IMG/VR virus record: IMGVR_UViG_3300045988_168162
Location: 1 to 64,000 of that record
DNA length: 64,000 nt
Source: a virus
Direction: 5' to 3' (one strand)
Under the pieces are notes generated by a model. It was not told the DNA's origin. It searched no databases and saw nothing but the letters and a program-made list of their open reading frames with translations. Position 1 is the first letter of the stretch. Each line of letters starts with the position of its first letter. A program made the translations under genes and the position numbers. Below, one piece after another: positions 35,607-44,891 of this stretch.

Positions 35607-36693
35607 GGTCGCTGATTTCACACCAACGATAATAATTGATAGTGCAAAGGCGTTTATTGCAAGTGGAAACGTAGGAATCTGCAATTGCTTTTGCCTCTTC
35701 AGGCGGAAGATTCTCTTTTTTTAAACGATAGAATATCCCGCTTAACATGATGGTTTCAGGGGTAAGTGTTTTGCTGCGGAACGGAGAATCCGACGGCAAT
35801 CTTTCCTGATGGGGTTTCATATTGCGGCTAAACGTATGCAGATATTCAAGACGTGTGCCATTTTTAGCTTTGTTCTCTGCACGATCCGACTTGATATTAC
35901 TTCTTGCTTTTACGACACGGCGAAGAATGTAGTCGGTTTCATCGTCGCAATATCTTAACACAGTGGGAGTATAAGTGCCATCGTTACGCGGAGATTTATA
36001 GAGACCGTTACAAGTATCTGACACAATGGCCAGTTTTATTGTGCGTAAGAAATCTGCATCCGTGATACTGATGCTATGACCATTATACTGGATATACGCG
36101 GGGCTGTTTTCTGTCTTATCGTGAAAATCCTTATGAGTCATATTCTCGATTTCATTACGTGAGAAACCGATCCACAGTAAGACAAGGCTGGCAGCCAGGT
36201 GAATATACGTATCATTGGGGAATACCGCGAAACAGAAATCTTTAAATTCCTGCTCAGAAAAGAACATGGAATGACGATAATCTTCATCTGACTGAAATAC
36301 CAACTTATTGCCGATTACTGGCTTTTTGGTAGCATTGCCATCGCGGAGCATTTTTGTTCTGAAATAGATATCTTGTAGTGGATGCTGATTGCAGACAGCG
36401 TTAGGCACATAACCGGAAGAAGAGAGCCAATCAAGATACTGACGCATGGAGTTAATATAATAAATCAAGGAACGGTATTTCTCTGAATTTGTTTCTTTTA
36501 CAATAGCAGAATAGGAAAAATATTGTTCCAGACATTGCTCGACCTGGGAAGGTGTGAGATCTTGAAATGGGCACTGGACCTGCTTTTCAAAAAGAGCAAT
36601 TACTTTATTGATATATTTTTTAGTTGCGATGGTGGTGGTCTTATTATATTGATCGATATAGGAAATATGCGCGGAATCGTTTTGAGTTGCCAT
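35602..36693 (-). CDS. tyrosine recombinase/integrase-like protein (degenerate)
   Basis: SAM-like N-terminal region. Box I-like LLWIGFSRNEIENMTHKDF (candidate Arg). LHTFSRN and GIFYRL near the C-terminus. Confidence 0.45.
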   Translation of the reverse strand: MATQNDSAHISYIDQYNKTTTIATKKYINKVIALFEKQVQCPFQDLTPSQVEQCLEQYFSYSAIVKETNSEKYRSLIYYINSMRQYLDWLSSSGYVPNAVCNQHPLQDIYFRTKMLRDGNATKKPVIGNKLVFQSDEDYRHSMFFSEQEFKDFCFAVFPNDTYIHLAASLVLLWIGFSRNEIENMTHKDFHDKTENSPAYIQYNGHSISITDADFLRTIKLAIVSDTCNGLYKSPRNDGTYTPTVLRYCDDETDYILRRVVKARSNIKSDRAENKAKNGTRLEYLHTFSRNMKPHQERLPSDSPFRSKTLTPETIMLSGIFYRLKKENLPPEEAKAIADSYVSTCNKRLCTINYYRWCEISDQ

Positions 36694-36751
36694 AGTAGGC
36701 CCACCTTTCTATAGTATTATTTTACACTATGTAGGTGGGCTTTTCAAGCCC

Positions 36752-37177
36752 TTAGCAGGGAATCGCTACTTGCTCAGACTGTGGAGCCGGCATATTAGAA
36801 ATGATCATGAAAGGATTTTGTGCGAGGATAGCCGGGATGACACGCTGCCAATTTTCGTTTGTGAAATAGCCAATCGGCTCAGACAATTGAGAATGCAGCA
36901 GCACATCGCGGCTTTCCACGACCAGGGTGGAATCATAGATAAGGCCATCCACTTCTGCCGCGGCAAAATCTACGTGAGCAGGATTGCGGCGGCCAAAGCG
37001 CTTTGTTGTGAAAGGAATCACCTCGCACTGGCCGGAGAAGCGGTTGTAGCGATTGTTGCTGATGACCAGATAGGGGTGAAGACCAACATACTTGTGAGTC
37101 GGGCTGGGGGTGCCCTGTTCGACGTACCCCAGCCGGATCTCTCCCAATTTAGGGATCGAAGTGCCGGGTGTAAACAT
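36752..37177 (-). CDS. MazF/PemK-family endoribonuclease toxin-like protein
   Basis: GEIRLGYV .. HPYLVISNNRYNRFSGQCEVIPFTTK .. GLIYDSTLVVESRDVL pattern of the PemK/MazF fold. Confidence 0.65.
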   Translation of the reverse strand: MFTPGTSIPKLGEIRLGYVEQGTPSPTHKYVGLHPYLVISNNRYNRFSGQCEVIPFTTKRFGRRNPAHVDFAAAEVDGLIYDSTLVVESRDVLLHSQLSEPIGYFTNENWQRVIPAILAQNPFMIISNMPAPQSEQVAIPC

Positions 37178-37262
37178 AGGTTTAAATTCCTCCTTAAAGG
37201 ATATTCAGTAGGATTTTGGGTGCTTGCTTTGTTTTTTCTTACTGTAGCTATAGTATAGCATA

Positions 37263-37283
37263 GTTTTAACGGCACGTCAATAG
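37263..37283 (+). promoter_or_regulatory. inverted copy of the TTAACGGCAC promoter-like motif
   Basis: GTTTTAACGGCACGTCAATAG read on the plus strand, in the MazF / ORF 37299 intergenic gap. Confidence 0.3.
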
Positions 37284-37298
37284 CTTTTTGAAAAAAAT

Positions 37299-37604
37299 TT
37301 ATGCCATGGTAATGCGGAACGCCATGCCATGGGACAGCACTTGAAGTGCCACGCAAGAGGGGGTGGAGCCAAGCTCATATTCAACCTTAACAGCAGGGCC
37401 CTCGATACAAAAAGAAGCGGTATCGTTTACAAGATCCAACTGTTTTACGGTTCCGCCTGATTTATAAAGGGAAAGAGAAGCGCTGTTAAAACGGATCGTC
37501 AGGCCAGTTCGTCCATCAGGGCTATAATGATGTACGCTGATCGCATTGTACTGGCGAAAGATACTGGCAAGCTCCTGAAGCGTGATGGTTTTAGATTGCG
37601 GCAT
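37299..37604 (-). CDS. hypothetical protein (101 aa)
   Basis: Start at MPQSKTITL. Located upstream of the MazF-like gene (121-nt gap). Confidence 0.4.
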   Translation of the reverse strand: MPQSKTITLQELASIFRQYNAISVHHYSPDGRTGLTIRFNSASLSLYKSGGTVKQLDLVNDTASFCIEGPAVKVEYELGSTPSCVALQVLSHGMAFRITMA

Positions 37605-37840
37605 GAAATTTCTCCTCCTCTTTGCCTGGATGTCCGAATTATAGGACACACTATATTGTATAATACTGTTATGTAAAGAAAGCACCCGCTGCCAGGCCCC
37701 TCATCCTGGCAACAACCGGCAACAACGATACAACCAACTGTTGTGTTTTGAATCTAGTATACACCAATCATTTCCAGATTGCAATAGGGAACCGGTAGCA
37801 ATTGGTTGCTCCTACTGAGATTTGAACGGAGGCATGTAGT

Positions 37841-38056
37841 ATGGTAAATGTTGGAAGCAAAATCAAATTATGGCGGACAAACCGCGGAATCAACCAGAAA
37901 CAGATGGCTGCCTTGACCGGGTTTAGTTTGCGGGCGCTGCAAGGATGGGAAAGAGGGGAGACATCACCCAGCCTGGACGCCGTAGTAGCACTGGCACTGG
38001 CTATGAACGTTACGGCGGATTGGTTGCTTGGGCTGGACGAAGATCAGAAGTCCTGA
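37841..38056 (+). CDS. XRE-family HTH transcriptional regulator
   Basis: HTH_3 pattern RGINQKQMAALTGFSLRALQGWERGETSPS. The only convincing plus-strand gene. Confidence 0.75.
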   Translation: MVNVGSKIKLWRTNRGINQKQMAALTGFSLRALQGWERGETSPSLDAVVALALAMNVTADWLLGLDEDQKS

Positions 38057-38310
38057 AGTGCGGAGATCATTTCGCGCAGATCGTCGACCATGTTGGCAAG
38101 GTCATCCTTTTGTTCTTCCAGCGTGCCGATTCCTTCTTCCATTTCGATACCGCGGTCAGACTGCTGCAAAGATTCCGGCATGTTATCAAAGGCTTCGGAT
38201 TCATCATCATAGATTTGTTCGAGCAGGATCTGCTGTTCTTCGAGTGCGTCAGCAATAGTGCCTAGCCGTTTTGCGACGGACTTGAGCTGCTTACGACGAT
38301 CGTTATTCAT
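38044..38310 (-). CDS. hypothetical acidic protein (88 aa)
   Basis: ORF convergent with the XRE gene, overlapping it by 13 nt. Confidence 0.5.
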   Translation of the reverse strand: MNNDRRKQLKSVAKRLGTIADALEEQQILLEQIYDDESEAFDNMPESLQQSDRGIEMEEGIGTLEEQKDDLANMVDDLREMISALQDF

Positions 38311-38325
38311 AATAGACCTTCCTTA

Positions 38326-39792
38326 TTATAATAGGGGAGCATTGTGCTCCTGCATAAAAAGTTCTGCGTTTCGGCGCAGGAGACAGGGATCATTTTGGAA
38401 CTTGCCATCTACCACGCATTGCAGAAGATGGTTAAAGCATTGGCCGAACAAAGGGCCAGGACGATAGCCCATCTCCATAAGATCATGACCATTGATGTGC
38501 AGGTCCTGGATGGAGAGCTTGCGCCCCTCGAAAATTGCGATAGCGAGATACAGGTATGTGATTTCGGCCTTGCGCATAGCGTTCATAGTGCCAAACTTGG
38601 TATAATCGACACCGTGGGCGTAGAGATCAGCAAAACGGACAGCCATAAGCAGCTGGGCATTGACAGGACCAAGAGCGGCCAGCAGACGATTGGCACAGCG
38701 GACGGTGGGTTCAAATTGGCGGTCGTGGTTTTTGATGAGCAGGACGATCCGTTCCCGTTCCGCGTTAGAAAACTTGAGGCGGCGAAGAATGTCATCGGCA
38801 AGTTCGGCACTTTTTTCAGCATGGCCGTAAAAGTGGCCGGTGCCGCCATCATCGACCGTATAGCATACTGGTTTGGCAATATCATGCAAAAGCATCGTTA
38901 TGCAGAGCTCGAACCAGTGAGCGTGGATAGCAGCGGTAAACTCGGGGAGTTTTTGGGTGACGCTCTTCAGTTCCACGACAGACTTTAGAATATGATCTTG
39001 CACGGTGTAGATATGATAGGGACTGTGCTGCTGAAAATCACGACTGAGATAAAGTTCCGGGATAATTTCTTCCAGTACGTCGATATAATCGAAAAGAAGC
39101 AGACTGAAATCATCGTGCTCATAGCTGGAGGTGAAGATTTTGCGGAGTTCGGACTGTACACGTTCGGCGGAAAGACCGACAAGCATCTGAACATTCGCAT
39201 GAATTGCTGCTTCGGTTTGTACATCGATCGTCAAATCATAGCTGACGGCAAAGCGCAGGGCACGTAAGATACGCAGAGGGTCCTCCTGGAAGCGTTTGTT
39301 AGGGTCACCAACGCATTTGATGAAATTGCTGCACATATCCGCATAGCCTTTAAAGGGGTCGACGATCCCAATCGTGTAAGTGCCTTCTTGGGATGCATCA
39401 TCATTCGGTAAAATTCTGCCAGCGATGGCATTCATGGTGAAATCACGGCGGGCAAGATCTTCTGTGATATCATCGACAAACTCGACCGTATCAGGATGGC
39501 GGTGGTCTTTGTAAATGCCGTCTTTACGCATGGTTGTGACTTCGTACTGGCCGTCCGGCATGATAACTGTAACAGTGCCATGCTTGATGCCGGTATCAAT
39601 GGTAGGAGAGAAGAGAGATTTTACCGTGGTTGGGTCGGCCTGGGTGACAACATCATAATCGTGCGGTGTTTTATCGAATAGAATGTCCCGCATACAGCCA
39701 CCAACAAGGTAGGTTTTATAACCGGCACCTTCTAACTGGAGGACAAGGGTAACAAGATCATGCGGCAGGGGGATACCTTGTAGTACAGGCAT
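38326..39792 (-). CDS. cca: tRNA nucleotidyltransferase (CCA-adding enzyme) with HD-like region
   Basis: Head-domain motif LVGGCMRDILFDKTPHDYDV, RRDFTMNA, and a later LLHDIAKP HD-type motif. Confidence 0.8.
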   Translation of the reverse strand: MPVLQGIPLPHDLVTLVLQLEGAGYKTYLVGGCMRDILFDKTPHDYDVVTQADPTTVKSLFSPTIDTGIKHGTVTVIMPDGQYEVTTMRKDGIYKDHRHPDTVEFVDDITEDLARRDFTMNAIAGRILPNDDASQEGTYTIGIVDPFKGYADMCSNFIKCVGDPNKRFQEDPLRILRALRFAVSYDLTIDVQTEAAIHANVQMLVGLSAERVQSELRKIFTSSYEHDDFSLLLFDYIDVLEEIIPELYLSRDFQQHSPYHIYTVQDHILKSVVELKSVTQKLPEFTAAIHAHWFELCITMLLHDIAKPVCYTVDDGGTGHFYGHAEKSAELADDILRRLKFSNAERERIVLLIKNHDRQFEPTVRCANRLLAALGPVNAQLLMAVRFADLYAHGVDYTKFGTMNAMRKAEITYLYLAIAIFEGRKLSIQDLHINGHDLMEMGYRPGPLFGQCFNHLLQCVVDGKFQNDPCLLRRNAELFMQEHNAPLL

Positions 39793-40798
39793 GGTAGTTT
39801 ACCTCCATAACGAGTTCTTCTACCCGTTTATAATCCGAGGTTTTGGGGAGCATGGTGTTGGCTTTGTCATATTGCAGGCGCTTTTCATACTGATCGATGA
39901 GATCGAAAAACTCCTGGTAGTAAGTGCCGTCCGGCTTTTGGAACTTACCGGCGCGGATCTCCAAGAGGAAATCGCGGTCGTTTTCGCGGTAGGTGTTGAT
40001 CTCGCCTTTTTCAAGAATATCAAAGCACATGAGATAAAGCCAGACCAGGTGCATGGCGTGCTTATTCAGATGCAGATCATCCTTTTTGCTGTTGCGCTTT
40101 CCGAGCTTGGCGTACTGGCCGATGACCGTGCCGAGATCAGAATTCATTTCCTTAAAGCTGCGGAGTGGATAATGTTTAAGGTCGCAGTCAATGAAGATTT
40201 CTGTCTCCATGCCCTCTGTTACGCCTTTGTCAATATATAGGTGAACGGAATCACCAGGGATATCGGCGTGCTGCAAACGGAAGTTTTCAAAGACAGATTT
40301 GCAGGTGCCTAGAATATGGCGCTCTTTTTCATCCTGGTGATAGTGGTCATGTGCCAGGGCATTTTGCAGGCGGCGCAGCTGCTGATTGGCATAACCGCCA
40401 AAAGCGTGGACGGCCGTTTGAGAGAGAAATAGTTTTTTATTTTCAATAAGCATCTGGCCCGCCGGAGTGATGTAAAAATACTGGTCCGGTTTATTGCCGA
40501 GAAGTTCGATCGTGTTGGGATTACAAGAGAGCAGTAGACTGACGAGCTTATTGAAACCGAAGATCGTAGTGTCGGTGCCAGTATCAACACGCTGCTCAAA
40601 ATTAGAGAAACCGAGAATATCCTGCGGGGAGTTCATGGCACAGCCGCGGACATCCACATCCGAACCTTCGACATTGGTGCCATAGGCGTGACTGCCGCCG
40701 AGCGTTAGGAACATAATGTTTTCGCCCAGGTGCGGATCGGTGCGCAAGAAATCATAAGCAGGGGACAAGATCAGGTCATCGAATTCGTTTTGTGTCAT
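39758..40798 (-). CDS. pol-beta-fold nucleotidyltransferase (RlaP-like)
   Basis: GGSHAYGTNVEGSDVDVRG is a minimal G-S .. DxD nucleotidyltransferase motif. Confidence 0.6.
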   Translation of the reverse strand: MTQNEFDDLILSPAYDFLRTDPHLGENIMFLTLGGSHAYGTNVEGSDVDVRGCAMNSPQDILGFSNFEQRVDTGTDTTIFGFNKLVSLLLSCNPNTIELLGNKPDQYFYITPAGQMLIENKKLFLSQTAVHAFGGYANQQLRRLQNALAHDHYHQDEKERHILGTCKSVFENFRLQHADIPGDSVHLYIDKGVTEGMETEIFIDCDLKHYPLRSFKEMNSDLGTVIGQYAKLGKRNSKKDDLHLNKHAMHLVWLYLMCFDILEKGEINTYRENDRDFLLEIRAGKFQKPDGTYYQEFFDLIDQYEKRLQYDKANTMLPKTSDYKRVEELVMEVNYHACTTRYPPAA

Positions 40799-40810
40799 AG
40801 GACCTCCTTA

Positions 40811-41446
40811 TCAATCGAGTAATGCTTTGTCGATGGTTTGGAAATTGGCGCGGTGGATATAGAGCGCACGGCCGTCGATCATGAGTTTGGTTGTCTTGGG
40901 CAGATTTTGACAGACTTCCCAATAGACATTCTCGCCGCTGTAAGCGCAGATGGGATCACCGAGCTGGCTTTGGATAACGACAACAACGGGCTTACCGAAA
41001 GCGTTTTTATAAGAATTGACGGTTTTAGCAATAATAGGGTTCTCACCCAGACTGCCATCGGTCGTGCTGTGAATATCCTGAACCTGAAAGTCAACATCAG
41101 GCTCCAAGCCTTCCTCGGCAAAAATAACGGTGGAGCCGCAGTTATTGATCTGTTTACCATCTACCGTAATGGTAACGACGGACGACATCGTTTTTGTAAC
41201 GCCCCAGCCGCCATCACTGGTGTAGGTGTATTCCTTAACGACGTTGGCGTTCATATCAATTTTTGAACCGGCGACATCCATGAATTCTTCGCCGTCATTG
41301 GTATAGAACTGGCAATTATATGTATGGCCTGTGATGCTGCCATTCATATCATGGACGCCGCTTTCTACGTTGGCGCAGGAAGAGAGGGATGCCGCCAGGA
41401 CGATGACGAGTGCAAGCGATGTGATATGGTGTATTGTCTTTTTCAT
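40811..41446 (-). CDS. lipoprotein
   Basis: Signal peptide with lipobox (LAASLSSC). Confidence 0.6.
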   Translation of the reverse strand: MKKTIHHITSLALVIVLAASLSSCANVESGVHDMNGSITGHTYNCQFYTNDGEEFMDVAGSKIDMNANVVKEYTYTSDGGWGVTKTMSSVVTITVDGKQINNCGSTVIFAEEGLEPDVDFQVQDIHSTTDGSLGENPIIAKTVNSYKNAFGKPVVVVIQSQLGDPICAYSGENVYWEVCQNLPKTTKLMIDGRALYIHRANFQTIDKALLD

Positions 41447-41457
41447 TGTGGGCCTCC

Positions 41458-42423
41458 TTACTGATTGGCGAGAGCGATCAGGGAGTTGCCGCAGGTGATG
41501 CGGTCGGCGTCCTCTTCTTTACTGGGAACAAACACGATGACGTCCCAACCGTCTTTGACGAGTGGCTGCTCGAACTTTTCGTAAACATCAAAATCGGTAA
41601 CGATTTCATAACCTTCGCTGACGGCCTCGACCGTTTCGTGGATGGGGGTGATCTTGACAATACACTTTTCTTTATCGAAGTATTTATTCATCAGATCCAC
41701 ATCGAGATTGTTCTGGGACGTGACAGCGAAGTTAAGGGTGTATTTACGTTTTTTAGGGGCGGGCAATTCTTTGATAATGTTGCTGATCTCCTGCAAAGAA
41801 AGGGAATGGCCGCGGAACATTTCATTGCGGGCGGCTTCATCCAATGTGTTGATGGAGAACTGCAGGCCGAAGCCATCCTCGCCGCCATAAACAGCGCCGG
41901 TACTGACCCATTGGTGCAGGAACTCTTTCAGGTTTTTATTTGCCTTTGGCATCATGGTAGAAACAACAGGATGATAGGTATCGAATTTGATATCGGAATT
42001 ACGGTCTTGCAGCATCCGTGCAATGAGCCTGGCGGACGTGATGACGTTGGGATTGAAAGTCGGTTCACCCATACGGGCGTAGTGAACATTCAATCTGGCG
42101 CCGTTATGGATACCTGACAGAGAGATGGCGGACATGATCTCGGACAAAAGCTCGGCCGTGGTGGCATTACCGTGGAACCCGAGCTTAGGGCAATCGCAGA
42201 AATTACAATTCATCGGGCAGCCCTTCTGACTGGAGACTGTGACGACCAGTTTTTCTTTGATATTCACCGGCTTATGCTCGACTTTTTCGATACGTTTGGT
42301 GTAGCCGAGAAAATCGGCTTTGATATTGTTTTCTTTGCCATAATCACCGACATAGAGATACTCAAGGCAAAGATCTGTATCGGAAATGATTTTGCCGGTG
42401 TGGGTTTGTGTAATCGTTCTCAT
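41458..42423 (-). CDS. RlmN/Cfr-like radical-SAM RNA methyltransferase
   Basis: VTVSSQKGCPMNCNFCDCPKLGFHGN matches the RlmN/Cfr CxxxCxxC region. Conserved C-terminal Cys (RITCGNS). Confidence 0.65.
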   Translation of the reverse strand: MRTITQTHTGKIISDTDLCLEYLYVGDYGKENNIKADFLGYTKRIEKVEHKPVNIKEKLVVTVSSQKGCPMNCNFCDCPKLGFHGNATTAELLSEIMSAISLSGIHNGARLNVHYARMGEPTFNPNVITSARLIARMLQDRNSDIKFDTYHPVVSTMMPKANKNLKEFLHQWVSTGAVYGGEDGFGLQFSINTLDEAARNEMFRGHSLSLQEISNIIKELPAPKKRKYTLNFAVTSQNNLDVDLMNKYFDKEKCIVKITPIHETVEAVSEGYEIVTDFDVYEKFEQPLVKDGWDVIVFVPSKEEDADRITCGNSLIALANQ

Positions 42424-42435
42424 TTTAAAACCTCC

Positions 42436-42813
42436 TTATCTGCGCCGCCGTTTCATCTCAGCAAGCCGTCCATACTCGCAGGAATACCGGAAATCCCAGC
42501 CGCTGATATGGTTGAGGTATCCCTCTGATACGGGAACACCTTCGTCCTCGTAAACATGCTGCCACCAGATCTTTTTGCGTTGCTCCGGCCACATGCCATC
42601 GGTGCCAAGCTGGTTGTACCACTCGCCGCGCTGGTTGTTGTAAGTGCCAGACCATTTGCGACGCACAGCACGAACCTGAGCAGAAACATCATTATCGGTC
42701 TCGCTGGGAATGCCGTAGCCTCCGGTGGAGTTGCTGCGATTCTCCGCGCCCATCATGGCGGCAGAGCCAAACAGGCCAGCGACACCTAACAGAAAAGCAG
42801 TTGCACCTAACAT
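42436..42813 (-). CDS. secreted/membrane-anchored protein, Trp-rich
   Basis: Start at MLGATAFLLGVAGLF after AGGAGTGATCTT. Basic C-terminus. Confidence 0.45.
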   Translation of the reverse strand: MLGATAFLLGVAGLFGSAAMMGAENRSNSTGGYGIPSETDNDVSAQVRAVRRKWSGTYNNQRGEWYNQLGTDGMWPEQRKKIWWQHVYEDEGVPVSEGYLNHISGWDFRYSCEYGRLAEMKRRRR

Positions 42814-42826
42814 AAGATCACTCCTA

Positions 42827-43036
42827 TTAAATTTTTTTAGCACGACAGCGCATGATTTGGATGGCTTGTACGCTGCGGTTTAGTTTTGCGGACAGTTCGC
42901 GGTCTGGAATGGTATGGGAAAGAACCTGTGTGATTTCATGTGCGGTCCAGCCGCGGGGCTCGTACCCTTGGGTTTGCCGGTAATTATTGCGGCGATAGGT
43001 ATTTTTGGCTTCGTTATCTAATGTACTTCTTATGAT
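42827..43036 (-). CDS. Myb/SANT-like HTH protein (69 aa), apparent ATC/ATA start
   Basis: RGWTAHEITQVLSH..DRELSAKLNRSVQAIQIMR resembles a Myb-type helix-turn-helix. The frame opens right after TGA TGA and holds no ATG/GTG/TTG before the domain. Confidence 0.4.
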   Translation of the reverse strand: MIRSTLDNEAKNTYRRNNYRQTQGYEPRGWTAHEITQVLSHTIPDRELSAKLNRSVQAIQIMRCRAKKI

Positions 43037-43039
43037 TCA

Positions 43040-43432
43040 TCATATCCTTTCAGGCACAGGCTGCATGGTATCAATCAGATCATCCAGATCCATATTGACA
43101 ATGGCTGCGAACATATTGGCAGCTGCAATGCCGCTGTTGTGTCCCACATCCATTACGGCTGCGTAACCGGTATTAGCCACAGAGCGTCCCAAGGTTTCAT
43201 CGGTAACAGAATCCTCGTACATGGTTTCGGAAATACGAAAGCCAAGTTCCTCTTGCAGTTCTGGAATACGAGCAATAACGGCCAGCTTTTGCGCAGTGCT
43301 CTGATTGGTAAACGGAACAAGTTCATGGTCACAGTCGATACAGTTTGGCCGCTGATAAAGACCTGTACCAACATAGATCTGCTTACGGCCACAGTCAGGA
43401 CAGGTAAGCACATACCACGGGGTGTCGTTCAT
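43040..43432 (-). CDS. zinc-ribbon protein (130 aa)
   Basis: CPDCGRK .. CIDCDHE. Start at MNDTPWY with AAAGGA SD. The longer track ORF overlaps the upstream gene. Confidence 0.5.
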   Translation of the reverse strand: MNDTPWYVLTCPDCGRKQIYVGTGLYQRPNCIDCDHELVPFTNQSTAQKLAVIARIPELQEELGFRISETMYEDSVTDETLGRSVANTGYAAVMDVGHNSGIAAANMFAAIVNMDLDDLIDTMQPVPERI

Positions 43433-43445
43433 AAGGATCATCCTT

Positions 43446-43787
43446 TCATTCCTTGATAATAAGAGCGCAGCTGCCGATGCGGTTGATGAAATCCTCGCCG
43501 TAGGTTTTATACAGCTCTTCAAAATCAGGGGTGTAGATGACATCATCGACATCGTGGAAATACTGGGCGAGCAGCTCGGCCATATCAACATCGGTAAGAC
43601 CGTAAAACTCATTGGTGAGGAACAGCTGGCCCAAGAGATTGCCGACTTCTTCAAACGGCGGGCCAAACTTGTCCAGCGAAATGTAATCGATATACTCGCC
43701 GTCGGAATCATAGAATTTGAGACGATCAGATTCCTCGGCGTTATTGGCGGACAGGAACTGGTTAGAAAATGAAAGAGATACGGACAT
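43446..43787 (-). CDS. hypothetical acidic protein
   Basis: ORF in a tight array. Confidence 0.45.
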   Translation of the reverse strand: MSVSLSFSNQFLSANNAEESDRLKFYDSDGEYIDYISLDKFGPPFEEVGNLLGQLFLTNEFYGLTDVDMAELLAQYFHDVDDVIYTPDFEELYKTYGEDFINRIGSCALIIKE

Positions 43788-43789
43788 AA

Positions 43790-43954
43790 TTATTCCTCCT
43801 GTACAGGATGCAGGTCAATATGCCAGCCGTCATCTTCTTTGGTGCAGATGACACGGTCGATCAGTTGGCCGCCAACCGTCATAGCGATGGTCTCGCCCTT
43901 ACTTGGCAGACCATTGACGAGTTGTTTGAAATCTTTAAATGTAAAGGGAATCAT
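43790..43954 (-). CDS. hypothetical protein (54 aa, below track cutoff)
   Basis: MIPFTFKDFKQLV.. fills the gap. Its stop abuts the next start. Confidence 0.35.
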   Translation of the reverse strand: MIPFTFKDFKQLVNGLPSKGETIAMTVGGQLIDRVICTKEDDGWHIDLHPVQEE

Positions 43955-43956
43955 GG

Positions 43957-44292
43957 TTAGTCCTCAACTTTTACTTCTTCAACGCGGAACTCAGCAAAGG
44001 CATACAGGCCGCCAATTTCATTTCGATTCGGATCTGTGACCGTCATGCGGCTCCAATGGTAATCATCCGTCGGATCATCGGTTTCCTGATAATCAAACTT
44101 GAGCTGGCTGTTTTTGACTTCACAGTTTTGACGATACGAGTACATTTCCATTTCACCATAAGCAATAGCAGAATCGCGGTCAGGAAAGAAATGCACGTCT
44201 GTATTGATCTCGACAAGGTCGGCCATATCTGTAATCCAACCAGGGGTGTAGCTGTCAACACAGTGGTTGAGCGTTAATGTATAATACATCAC
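43957..44292 (-). CDS. hypothetical acidic protein
   Basis: ORF in a tight array. Confidence 0.45.
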   Translation of the reverse strand: MMYYTLTLNHCVDSYTPGWITDMADLVEINTDVHFFPDRDSAIAYGEMEMYSYRQNCEVKNSQLKFDYQETDDPTDDYHWSRMTVTDPNRNEIGGLYAFAEFRVEEVKVED

Positions 44293-44303
44293 AACATCTC
44301 CTT

Positions 44304-44891
44304 TTAATTAAGGCATCCATAGAGCGGGTTCTTATCGCCGTACCAATAGGCATCATCGGTGAAGACGGAGGTTTCTTCTTTGTCGTCCCAATCAATGATG
44401 TCATCGGCATTGATGCATGGATAGGTCCCGCCATCAATGGTGACTGTTTCATTTTCGAGCTGGGCATCCTCGCCGGGGCAGCCTGCGCAGCCGATGTTGA
44501 ATACACGGTGTGTGAAAAGATCGACTTTGCAGGGGGAATCGAAATAGGAGCCGTCGTCCCAGTTGGAGGTAAAGGTGGCGTCCACGATCTGGGAGCTAGT
44601 GGTAAACAGGGGTTCATCTAGCGGCTTATGGTTGAACAGCTTGCTAAAGACATTGTTGTACTGCTCGTCCTTGAAGTGTTCGCCGTCATCAGTTTCTTGT
44701 GGATATTCAAATTCACCCTGAAATTCAGCCTGGTCGCCAATTTCATCGAAAATGGCAATGATGCCCTGCAGCATATTGTCGAGATCGCCGTTATGATATG
44801 TATCGAAAAACTTGTCCGTCAGTTCAACCAGAAGCATTTTTTGCTGGTAGAAAGATACTGGATCAAGGTTCAGATTTACAGTAGTATTCAT
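44304..44891 (-). CDS. hypothetical acidic protein
   Basis: Start at MNTTVNL after AAAGAGGTGAACCAT. Confidence 0.45.
   Translation of the reverse strand: MNTTVNLNLDPVSFYQQKMLLVELTDKFFDTYHNGDLDNMLQGIIAIFDEIGDQAEFQGEFEYPQETDDGEHFKDEQYNNVFSKLFNHKPLDEPLFTTSSQIVDATFTSNWDDGSYFDSPCKVDLFTHRVFNIGCAGCPGEDAQLENETVTIDGGTYPCINADDIIDWDDKEETSVFTDDAYWYGDKNPLYGCLN

Noticed and set aside
43034-43042. Stop-codon reassignment (TGA as sense), suggested by an ORF continuing after TGA TGA.
   Set aside because: TGA, TAA and TAG all terminate motif-complete genes elsewhere in the window at the expected lengths (for example dnaE and the RT end in TGA), and gene sizes are normal under the standard code.
43433-43711. 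Longer version (223 aa) of ORF 43040-43711, and similar long versions of 52673-53497, 53286-54065, 53912-55432, 57994-58863 and 56399-57763.
   Set aside because: The extensions overlap the upstream genes or structured RNA, are Ser/Pro/Arg-rich, and internal ATGs with good SDs sit exactly after the upstream stop.
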